64,000 nucleotides of DNA from Calditrichia bacterium (GTDB lineage: Bacteria; Calditrichota; Calditrichia; JAJRVZ01). Where the stretch lies: positions 864,001-928,000 of the forward strand of contig CAWCNS010000007.1 in NCBI GenBank assembly GCA_963796965.1, written 5' to 3'. The position numbers were made by a program, and so were the translations under genes. The notes under the pieces were generated by a model. That model saw nothing but the letters and a program-made list of their open reading frames with translations. It did not search any database and had not been told where the DNA came from. Below are positions 41,733-50,264 of this stretch, piece by piece; the first letter of the stretch is position 1, and each line of letters starts with the position of its first letter.

Positions 41733-44078
41733 TTATATTTCTACAACCGTCACACCTGCGTCACCTTCGCCATATTTTCCCAATCGGTAGGATTTGATAT
41801 TTTTGTTTTTCTTTAGATAACCATGAACTTTGCCCCGTAAAGCGCCAGTACCTTTTCCATGAATGATTCTCACTTCCTTCCAGGCCGAGTTTAATGCATG
41901 TGCAAGATATTGATCCAATTCGATAAGCGCGTCGTCAGCAATTTGTCCCCGAAGATCAATCTCATTCAGAACCTGTGAGCTGTCCACTTCATGGCCCACA
42001 TCCTGTAATGATCGCTTAATCTTTACACCCTCAACAATAAATATATCGGAGAAAGGAATGATCATTTTAACACCCCTCGCATTTATTTCCACCTGTTTTT
42101 TATCCTTAAAGATCCTTTCGATCTGACCACTCACAGTAAATCGACTACTTTTAACTGATTGTCCGATATGGAGATCTTCAACTGCGATCTCTTCAACTGC
42201 TCTCTTTGGGAGTTTTCCTTTTACTTTTATCTGTAACTGCTGTATTTTTTTTCTACCGTTTTTTACAACTTCCGGTTTTGCACTACTTTCTTTAATTTCC
42301 CGGATCACGGTTTCTATGGTACGATTTACATCACTCAATATTTCATTTGCCTCGGCAACATATTCCGCTTCATATTTTTTTCGCTTCTTTTTTAGATCCT
42401 CGGCCCTGGTGCTATAAAGTGATTTGAGACCCTCAAGTTCCGACTCTTTAATTGATAATTCCTTAAAAAGTTCGTCATATTCCTGTCGCTTTTTTGTTAA
42501 TTCAGTGATCATGCTCTCCAATTCGTCATGAGAGCTGCCCATGAGTTTGCGTGCCCTATCTAAAACATCAGATTTAACACCCAATCTTTCTGATATTTCA
42601 AAAGCATAACTGCTGCCTGGAATACCGAGTTCAATTTTAAAAAGCGGAGAAAGCGTATTAAAATCAAATTGCATCGCAGCATTTGCAACCTGTTCTGTCT
42701 TGTGTGCAAAGGCTTTTAATTCGCCAAGATGGGTTGTGACAATTGTAACCATACCCTCGCTGTTTAGACTTTCAAGCATCGACATGGCTAACGCTGAGCC
42801 TTCAGCAGGATCAGTACCAGTCCCAATTTCATCAATAAGCACCAGGAACCGATTAGCCTGATTCTCAATCACCTGATTTATTTTAGTAATATGGGAAGAA
42901 AATGTACTTAGGTCATTTTCAATAGACTGTTCATCTCCAATAATTGCCGCCATTTGTTCACATACAGGAAAACTTGAACCTTCATCGACAGGTATGTGAA
43001 AGCCACATTGGAAAAGAAGTTGTAAGAGGCCTACAGTTTTAAGGGCAACTGTTTTACCTCCGGCATTTGGTCCGGTTATAACGATCATACGATAATCAAA
43101 TCCTAATCTCAAAGATAGAGGAATCGTTGTGTCACCATCCTTTTTTAATAGTAGGGGATGATAACCGTTTCTCAAATCCCATGAAAAATCTTTACTTACC
43201 TGAGGTGCTTTCCCATTTACAGAAACTGAATATTGAGCCTTAGCCTGCACTACATCCAAATGAATCAAATTTTCCAGATTGATGAACAGCGCTTCACCAT
43301 GATTCTTAATATTGGCAGAGAGTCGTTTAAGAATGCGAATGATTTCATTTTTTTCCTGATTATATAGTTCAAATATTTCATTATTTAATGCTACAACAGA
43401 CATCGGTTCAACAAAATGTGTCTGCCCTGTACCGGACTGACCATGCACTATTCCAGGTATCCTGTTTACCGAAAATTCGCGCACTGGAATTACTAAACGT
43501 CCATCACGAAGGGAAATAAAATCTTCTCTTAAATGTTCTTTTTGCCGCTTTTTTATTCTTTCAAGTTTTGTGTGTATCTGTTTACTAACAGATGAAATTT
43601 GAGAGCGTATATGTCTGAGTTCATTGCTTGCATTGTCGAAAATATTTCCAGCCGGATCTATTGTGTTTTTTAACAAATTGGAGAGGTTAAAGAGCGGATC
43701 GATTCTGGATGCAAATTTTTTAAGTCTGGGGTAAGAGGATTCTTTCTTTGTAAAGAAGGTTTCTATGTTTGCTGAAACTTCCAGAAAATTTTGAATCTTC
43801 TGACAATCTTTGATATCAAGATAACTACCTTCAGGTTCTATTTTATTGAGTAAAATCCGCACATCATCAAATGACCACAAAGGTAATCCGCCATCAGTTT
43901 CATATATTTCTCTGCCTTCGGATACATCGGCAAGAGCCCCTATCAAAAGATTACGATCATCTTTCGCTTCGCTTTGACGGATACGGATCTTGCCCAATTC
44001 ACTAACGCATTTTGTGCTGATATATTCAAGAACCTTATCAAATTCCAGGACATGATCAGATTCGAGGAGAATTTTCAT
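41733..44078 (-). CDS. mutS2: Endonuclease MutS2 with Smr domain
   Basis: TGPNAGGKT, LSTFSSH, IDEIGTGTDP, TTH, IIHGKGTG. Confidence 0.95.
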   Translation of the reverse strand: MKILLESDHVLEFDKVLEYISTKCVSELGKIRIRQSEAKDDRNLLIGALADVSEGREIYETDGGLPLWSFDDVRILLNKIEPEGSYLDIKDCQKIQNFLEVSANIETFFTKKESSYPRLKKFASRIDPLFNLSNLLKNTIDPAGNIFDNASNELRHIRSQISSVSKQIHTKLERIKKRQKEHLREDFISLRDGRLVIPVREFSVNRIPGIVHGQSGTGQTHFVEPMSVVALNNEIFELYNQEKNEIIRILKRLSANIKNHGEALFINLENLIHLDVVQAKAQYSVSVNGKAPQVSKDFSWDLRNGYHPLLLKKDGDTTIPLSLRLGFDYRMIVITGPNAGGKTVALKTVGLLQLLFQCGFHIPVDEGSSFPVCEQMAAIIGDEQSIENDLSTFSSHITKINQVIENQANRFLVLIDEIGTGTDPAEGSALAMSMLESLNSEGMVTIVTTHLGELKAFAHKTEQVANAAMQFDFNTLSPLFKIELGIPGSSYAFEISERLGVKSDVLDRARKLMGSSHDELESMITELTKKRQEYDELFKELSIKESELEGLKSLYSTRAEDLKKKRKKYEAEYVAEANEILSDVNRTIETVIREIKESSAKPEVVKNGRKKIQQLQIKVKGKLPKRAVEEIAVEDLHIGQSVKSSRFTVSGQIERIFKDKKQVEINARGVKMIIPFSDIFIVEGVKIKRSLQDVGHEVDSSQVLNEIDLRGQIADDALIELDQYLAHALNSAWKEVRIIHGKGTGALRGKVHGYLKKNKNIKSYRLGKYGEGDAGVTVVEI

Positions 44079-44198
44079 TTTAGCTATCCCGTTAGAAATG
44101 GAGGATTGTAAAGAATAACCAAAGAGAATATCCGTGGTTAGAATTTTTTATCGTAATATACACACTTGGGTAAAAGATATTTGGTCGCTCTATTCCTT

Positions 44199-44699
44199 TT
44201 AGAAAAGTACATCAGTATAATTTTGGATTAATTCGTATAATTTTGGCCCTACAGCTTCGAGGAGTGGATATAGCAGGCTATCTTTCACCTCAAATTGTTC
44301 CATAAATGTTGTGGAAAAGGGAATAAGATTAATAACAAAAACGATGATTCCCAGAATAAATATACTTTTAACAACACCCATAACACCACCAAACAACCGA
44401 TTAAGCCATCCTAACATGGCTACCTTTAATGTTTTGGTGAGAATGTTGGCGACCAACCGTAGAAGCAAATTCGTCCCAACAAAAAGGATAAAGAAACTTA
44501 CAAGTTTAACAACTGATTCTGGAAATGTTGGAAAAAAATTAAGAATGAGCACTGTTAGTAAGCTGAGATAAGTGATCGAAATTAAATATCCGAGAATTAA
44601 CCCAGCAATCGTAATTAATTCGTAGACAAATCCCCGGAAAAATCCTTTTATAAAAAAAATAGCAGCAATGGAGAGAATACCAATATCGAGGGAATTCAT
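44199..44699 (-). CDS. cvpA: CvpA family membrane protein
   Basis: GFFRGFVYE, LNRLFGG, four TM segments. Confidence 0.85.
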   Translation of the reverse strand: MNSLDIGILSIAAIFFIKGFFRGFVYELITIAGLILGYLISITYLSLLTVLILNFFPTFPESVVKLVSFFILFVGTNLLLRLVANILTKTLKVAMLGWLNRLFGGVMGVVKSIFILGIIVFVINLIPFSTTFMEQFEVKDSLLYPLLEAVGPKLYELIQNYTDVLF

Positions 44700-44702
44700 A
44701 GT

Positions 44703-45155
44703 TTAAAGATTGGCAAAAATATCTTTTACTTTTTGTTGTACAACTTTGCCATCTGCTTTGCCCTTTACTTTTGGCATCACAGCACCCATAACACGTCCCA
44801 CATCCTTCTCACTTGTGATTTGGAGCATAGATACCGTCTCTTTGATAATACTATCCAACTCTTCATCTGAAAGTTGTTCGGGCAAGTATGTAGCAATAAT
44901 TTCCAGTTCTGTTGTTTCCTTTTTGACGAGGTCCTCACGTCCACCACTCTGATACATCTCAATGGCCTCTTTTCGTTTTTTTGCTTCTTTTTGGAGGACC
45001 TTCGTCACTTCGGAATCAGTCAATTCATCTTTTTTATCAATAGATGTTGTCTTGATCTGTGCCCGCAACATCCGGATGGTCTCTAATTCGAGTTTTTTTC
45101 CGGCCTTCATTGCCAGCTTCATATCTTGTAGTAATTGTTCTTCTATTGACATCAT
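44703..45155 (-). CDS. GatB/YqeY domain protein
   Basis: DMKLAMKA, YLPEQLS, GRVMG..M....GKADG. Confidence 0.9.
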   Translation of the reverse strand: MMSIEEQLLQDMKLAMKAGKKLELETIRMLRAQIKTTSIDKKDELTDSEVTKVLQKEAKKRKEAIEMYQSGGREDLVKKETTELEIIATYLPEQLSDEELDSIIKETVSMLQITSEKDVGRVMGAVMPKVKGKADGKVVQQKVKDIFANL

Positions 45156-45161
45156 TTAATC

Positions 45162-45356
45162 TTATCTGTTTTCTGCCATTAATTTACGCATTTTACGTCT
45201 GGCAGCATTTACTCTTCGTTTTTTTTGTTCACTTGGTTTCTCAAAGTGTTGATGTTTTTTTATCTCTGACATCAGACCTGATTTTTCACAGGCTTTGGTA
45301 AATCTTCGAAAAGCTTTTTCAAATGGTTCGTTATCACGTACTTTAACTGTTATCAT
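45162..45356 (-). CDS. rpsU: 30S ribosomal protein S21
   Basis: MITVKVRDNEPFEKAFRRF...HFEKPS..KKR. Confidence 0.95.
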   Translation of the reverse strand: MITVKVRDNEPFEKAFRRFTKACEKSGLMSEIKKHQHFEKPSEQKKRRVNAARRKMRKLMAENR

Positions 45357-45422
45357 CCGTGGATTCACACCTCCTCTCTATTGGGATAGGTTAATTTTTT
45401 TGAGCACTCTATTCTACGATAA

Positions 45423-46301
45423 TTATTTTACATATTTGTCCGGATTTTCGAGTAAATCAATTTCATAATCTGCTGAGGCTTTCCAGGACCTATTTTTAGA
45501 TGCCTTTTTATAATACTGGATGGCCTTGGTTTTTTGCCCTAAGAACTTATAAACCTCACCCAAAAGAAAATTTGATCCCCCAACAATACTTTGAGATTTC
45601 GAAAATTTTAATGCGTTAAGAAATGCGCTTTCGGCATCTTTATATTTTTTTAACTTAAGAAAAGTATCTCCCAATCGGTAATAATTACTGCCTTTTCTGG
45701 AATTCTTTTTTGAGGCTTTAATTGCGCTCTGGAATGAATTGACAGCATCTGACAATGCATTCGCCTTTACCTGGCTTAAGCCTAAAATATTCCAGGCCAA
45801 GGCATAATCAGGATCGATTTCGACTGCTTTTTTAAGGCGATCAATAGCCTGTTTATAGTCTTTTTGTTTGTAAAATACATTTCCTGAGCCATAATACGCT
45901 TTTGACGACTTTTCATTGAAAGAAAGAACAGCGTTAAACGTATTGATGGCAGAACTAAAATCTTCAAGTGATGTCTGCAAATTGCCAAGAGCAATGTAGG
46001 CATTTTCAAATTTACTTTCTATTTCAATAGCTTTCTTGAATGATGTCATCGCTTCGACATTTGCACTTAATCTTCTCTGGGTAAATCCAAGCATATAGTA
46101 GGCTTGGGCAAATTGAGGATCTGCTTTAATGGCCTTATCAAATAATGGGACTGCCGCTTTGTAGTTCCCTTTTCGCGCCTGATCAAGACCATCATTATAG
46201 GCATTACCCGCTTCGGGGCTCTTCGATCCCGTATCGCTCTGCGCAATTGCCATAACAACAGAAACAATCAGAACAAGAGAAATAATTATAATTTTTTTCA
46301 C
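45423..46301 (-). CDS. Secreted tetratricopeptide repeat protein
   Basis: Signal peptide; about seven TPR units (AY..LG......A...F.KAI). Confidence 0.9.
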   Translation of the reverse strand: MKKIIIISLVLIVSVVMAIAQSDTGSKSPEAGNAYNDGLDQARKGNYKAAVPLFDKAIKADPQFAQAYYMLGFTQRRLSANVEAMTSFKKAIEIESKFENAYIALGNLQTSLEDFSSAINTFNAVLSFNEKSSKAYYGSGNVFYKQKDYKQAIDRLKKAVEIDPDYALAWNILGLSQVKANALSDAVNSFQSAIKASKKNSRKGSNYYRLGDTFLKLKKYKDAESAFLNALKFSKSQSIVGGSNFLLGEVYKFLGQKTKAIQYYKKASKNRSWKASADYEIDLLENPDKYVK

Positions 46302-46398
46302 TTTTATCGCCTCCTTTTGATGCTTATAATTTGCGAAAGTAAGTAATTTACTAATTTTATGGTTTTATTTCAAAATAAAATAAGAATTTATATGCTTT

Positions 46399-46962
46399 CT
46401 ACTTTGCACGCTCTAAATATTTACCTTCTGTTGTATCAATTCTGACAACCTCTCCTTCGGAAATAAATGGAGGAACCTGTATTTTCAATCCAGTCTCAAC
46501 GATGGCTGGTTTATAGGAAGAAGTTACGGTTGCCGTCTTAAGAGCGGGCTCAGTTTCAATTATTTTTAATTCTACTGATCCCGGGATATCAATGCTCACT
46601 GGTTCATTTTGATAAAAGTTAACCGTAACTTTTACATTGGGCAACATATACATAGGTGCATCTCCAAGAATATCATCGCGAAGTATAATCTGATCAAATG
46701 TTTCTAAATCCATAAAGTAATAATCTTCTCCGTCATTATAAAGATATTCCATGTCCTTGCTATCCAAAGAGGCCTTTTCCACTGATTCGTCACTTCTAAA
46801 CCTATTTTCGGCATTTGTTCCCGTCCGAACGTTCTTCATTTTAGTTTGCACCGAAGCTTGTCCTTTACCGGGTGTATTATGAAAAACGTCTGTAAGTTGA
46901 AAAAGTTCGTTGTTAAACTCAATTATCATGCCTTTTCTGATCTGGGTTGCCTTTAACTTCAT
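46399..46962 (-). CDS. efp: Elongation factor P
   Basis: HNTPGKGQA loop (Lys33), YLYNDG, FMDLETFDQ, VPPFI.EGE...IDT..GKYLER. Confidence 0.96.
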   Translation of the reverse strand: MKLKATQIRKGMIIEFNNELFQLTDVFHNTPGKGQASVQTKMKNVRTGTNAENRFRSDESVEKASLDSKDMEYLYNDGEDYYFMDLETFDQIILRDDILGDAPMYMLPNVKVTVNFYQNEPVSIDIPGSVELKIIETEPALKTATVTSSYKPAIVETGLKIQVPPFISEGEVVRIDTTEGKYLERAK

Positions 46963-47873
46963 ATAATTTTCTCCATATTTTTTACAGTCATTTTCTTTTT
47001 CATATCCTGATATTTTTGTTCATCGAAAACAAATTTATAGTCTTTCATCTTTCCATTCACATATTTTTTATATTTTTTGCCATTAAAAAGTTTTTTTAAT
47101 ACATCATCTAGTGGCACTAATTGTTCACCAACCATCCAATTAAATATTTCATTTGATTTTAGATCTTTTACACATCCCCATTCTATACCCCAGGACAACT
47201 TATCAATCGGTAAATTTTTAAAGTTTTTTTTCAAAACCTGCAATTTCGCCTGAGCTAGAGGATCAAGATAATAAAATATCTTCGAATATAAAAAGGCATT
47301 GTGATAATGCCCTGGAAAATTTATCAAACCAGATACCCCCAACCTCCAGCAGGCAATCATCAACAGTTCTACCACAATTGCAGAGAGTCCCAGCCCTGGA
47401 TACTTTTGTCCTGGTAAACGTGGGCGTCTTGGGGTAAAGTCTGCGTTAGGGTTTTGCATTGCCAGCCAGTCGATTGTCAGACATTGATAACATTTTCCAT
47501 TGTGTTTAAAATCGAACGGCATTTTTAATTTAAAATAGGATTTCCTCAAAACCAGTTCGATCAACAAATTTTTTCTAGCTTTGGTTTCATTGAATACTGA
47601 TATTTTATGTTTAAAGGCATCTGAAGTGTCAAAATGTGTAACAACATTTTCAAAGCCAAGGTTTTTTAATTCCGCATATAATCCATATTTTTCGAGTGCG
47701 AGATTCATCCCATTATGAGAAAAATATCCGAGGAAAAAATCACCACCACGTTTGCCAATATCCAGATTAAACAGATCTGATTCAGACATATCTAAACGGA
47801 CGATATCTGGTTGTTTTACCGTCTTACTTTGCAACCAGGATATGATATGCCAGGAATTTTCTGGAAATTTCAT
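46959..47873 (-). CDS. Uncharacterised protein with a possible GNAT-like segment
   Basis: 304-aa ORF overlapping both neighbours; WLAMQNP...RLPGQKYPGLG...HNAFLY. Confidence 0.75.
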   Translation of the reverse strand: MKFPENSWHIISWLQSKTVKQPDIVRLDMSESDLFNLDIGKRGGDFFLGYFSHNGMNLALEKYGLYAELKNLGFENVVTHFDTSDAFKHKISVFNETKARKNLLIELVLRKSYFKLKMPFDFKHNGKCYQCLTIDWLAMQNPNADFTPRRPRLPGQKYPGLGLSAIVVELLMIACWRLGVSGLINFPGHYHNAFLYSKIFYYLDPLAQAKLQVLKKNFKNLPIDKLSWGIEWGCVKDLKSNEIFNWMVGEQLVPLDDVLKKLFNGKKYKKYVNGKMKDYKFVFDEQKYQDMKKKMTVKNMEKII

Positions 47874-48802
47874 CAGATTCTTCCTTTCAATGTTGAGGCA
47901 ATATAGTCAAAATATATCTTCCAGCTTTCAGCCCCATATCCCCCTCCGGCAACAACAACCAAAGGTTTTTTACTAGATTTTACTAAATTGAAGACATAAA
48001 GATTCCTTTCCAACATCTCCTCTCTAGTTAAATTTAAATCACACAAAGTGTCATGCTCATAAGGATCCGATCCGGCGATATAAAATACAAGCTGCGGTTT
48101 AAATGAATCAAATGCTGGCTCAAGATGTTCGGAGAGAATTTCCATATATTCTGGTCCGCGAATATTGTGTGGAATAAGAATATCCTTATTATTCTGTTTA
48201 TCAACCTCCAACCATTTTGTAGCATGAAGGGAAAAGGTGAATACATTAGGATCATCCTTAAAGAACATCAAATTTCCATCTCCCTGATGATAATCCAAAT
48301 CAATAATCATTATTCTTTCCAAAGTGTGTTTTTGCCTAACTTTTTCTATGGCTATGGCGACATCATTGATCAAACAGAATCCGGCAGCCTGGTCGGGCAT
48401 GGCATGATGAAATCCTCCCCCAATATTGAACATTGCGACTCTGTGATCAAGTGCATATTCAGCTGCCAGGATCGTCCCACCGGTTACAGTCCGAAAAAAT
48501 TCAAGGATATAGGAATCCCAGGGTTCTACAACGCCAATCCTCAGATATTGTCCTACTTTTACAGGATCTTGAATATTTTTCAGATAGGTTTCATCATGGA
48601 CTAAGGCCATATCTTCATAACTCACCATTTCCGGAGCAAGGATATGTTTTCGCTTTATATATTTTTCATTTATCAAGCGATCCCGGATCTTTTTGTATTT
48701 CATAATGTCAAATGATTGATAAGCGTTGGAAGTGGAAATCCCAATATAATAATCATAGGAAAAAACAAGTTTAATCTTTTGACGATTAAGAAGATTGTAC
48801 AT
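47873..48802 (-). CDS. Zn-dependent histone deacetylase family protein
   Basis: GGGFHHA, GFCLIND, DLDYHQGDG, AGSD, GGGY: catalytic and Zn ligands intact. Confidence 0.93.
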   Translation of the reverse strand: MYNLLNRQKIKLVFSYDYYIGISTSNAYQSFDIMKYKKIRDRLINEKYIKRKHILAPEMVSYEDMALVHDETYLKNIQDPVKVGQYLRIGVVEPWDSYILEFFRTVTGGTILAAEYALDHRVAMFNIGGGFHHAMPDQAAGFCLINDVAIAIEKVRQKHTLERIMIIDLDYHQGDGNLMFFKDDPNVFTFSLHATKWLEVDKQNNKDILIPHNIRGPEYMEILSEHLEPAFDSFKPQLVFYIAGSDPYEHDTLCDLNLTREEMLERNLYVFNLVKSSKKPLVVVAGGGYGAESWKIYFDYIASTLKGRI

Positions 48803-48948
48803 TTAAATCTTTATCCGGGATATTTGACATATTATAGACTCTCAACCAAGATATGAGACACCTAATTTGAGATATGTGATACGTGATACGGATATCGCTA
48901 TATATTTATTTGAATTATGCAGCATTTATAAATCAACATTACTAATTT

Positions 48949-49950
48949 CTAATTACTTTTCGTCAGTTCTCCAGCCAGACTTTGATCCATAAGATGGCGC
49001 ACTTCGGATACTTCTAACTCATTCCCCAGAAGCAACATCAATTTTACAAGTGCGGCTTCTGTAGTCATATCGTGCAATGATAAAGCACCCGCATCCCGGG
49101 CCCTTTGTCCACAAACATAAACACTCAGATCGGTTAAACCATGCGGTGATTGGCTTCCAAGATATACAAGTATTTCCTGATCAATCGCCGAGGAGATAAA
49201 TTCAATCCAACCCGAATTTTCTCCAGGCAGGTTACCAGAACCAAATCCTTCAATAACTAAAGCTTTCACAGAATCTGTTATTAATTTTTTATAAATATCC
49301 GGTTTTAAACCTGGATACACACCTAACGATAATATATTTTGAGAACAGGTCGATTGGAGAGATAATTTTGCCTTTTCTTTCAGGATATATCGGCTGTTGA
49401 CATTGACGTTTAGTCCAATATTCGCCAACGGTGGTAAATTGGGTGATTCGAAACTTTGGAAACTTTCAATACTCATTTTTTTTGTGCGATTGCCTCGTAA
49501 AAGACGGTTTCCAAAACAAATAAGAACTTCAGGGATATCATAGGTTGCCAGTTCAACAGAGTTGATAAGATTGCCCCGAGCATCTGTACGAAGGGCGGAA
49601 AGGGGACGTTGCGACCCCGTTAAGATAACAGGTTTTTTGAGATCCAGTAGTAGAAAAGATAGAGCAGAAGCCGTATATACGAGGGTATCTGTACCATGAA
49701 TAATAACGACGCCATCATAGTTTTCTATCTCACCCTTAATAATTGTATATAAAATATGCCATTCATTCGGGCCAATATTTGAACTGTCCAAATTAAAAGG
49801 GATTTTTATGGATATATCAACCTTCTCCCTTATTCTTGGAATGTAAGTATCAATTTGTTTTTCTATATTACCCGGTTGAAGAGTCGTCTCTGGCTCCATA
49901 GGTGTCATACCGAACGTACCACCGGTGTGAATGATCAAGACACGTTTCAT
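48949..49950 (-). CDS. ansA: L-asparaginase type I
   Basis: HTGGTFGM, DSS, HGTDT, TGSQ, RGNRTKK, DMTTEAA. Confidence 0.92.
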   Translation of the reverse strand: MKRVLIIHTGGTFGMTPMEPETTLQPGNIEKQIDTYIPRIREKVDISIKIPFNLDSSNIGPNEWHILYTIIKGEIENYDGVVIIHGTDTLVYTASALSFLLLDLKKPVILTGSQRPLSALRTDARGNLINSVELATYDIPEVLICFGNRLLRGNRTKKMSIESFQSFESPNLPPLANIGLNVNVNSRYILKEKAKLSLQSTCSQNILSLGVYPGLKPDIYKKLITDSVKALVIEGFGSGNLPGENSGWIEFISSAIDQEILVYLGSQSPHGLTDLSVYVCGQRARDAGALSLHDMTTEAALVKLMLLLGNELEVSEVRHLMDQSLAGELTKSN

Positions 49951-50184
49951 AGTTTTTTCTCCGCTTTAATATAAAGAGCTTAGCGGTTTAGGACAAGAGG
50001 AATCTGGGTACTGGGTATTGAATATTGAAATATTGAATATGAATATTGAATATTGAGTTTGTGTATTCTCTGGCTCCTTGTCAAATAAAGTTGATAGAAA
50101 GTTTACCCACTAAACGCCCGGATAATTGCCAAGAACCGAGTACCAAGTGCCGGGTGCCTAATAGCGAGATACCAGAATTGAGAC

Positions 50185-50212
50185 AAAAAAAAGCCCGGGA
50201 TTAACCGGGCTT
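50185..50212 (-). terminator. Intrinsic terminator of ppdK
   Basis: Minus strand AAGCCCGG-TTAATC-CCGGGCTT plus U tract. Confidence 0.88.
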
Positions 50213-50264
50213 CATTTAATAAGAGAGGAAATAAATCTACCTCAATTTATTTTGAACCTTCGTG

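Noticed and set aside
35386..45356. rpsU-dnaG macromolecular synthesis operon
   Set aside because: The genes are about 8 kb apart on opposite strands and rpoD is absent; no operon here
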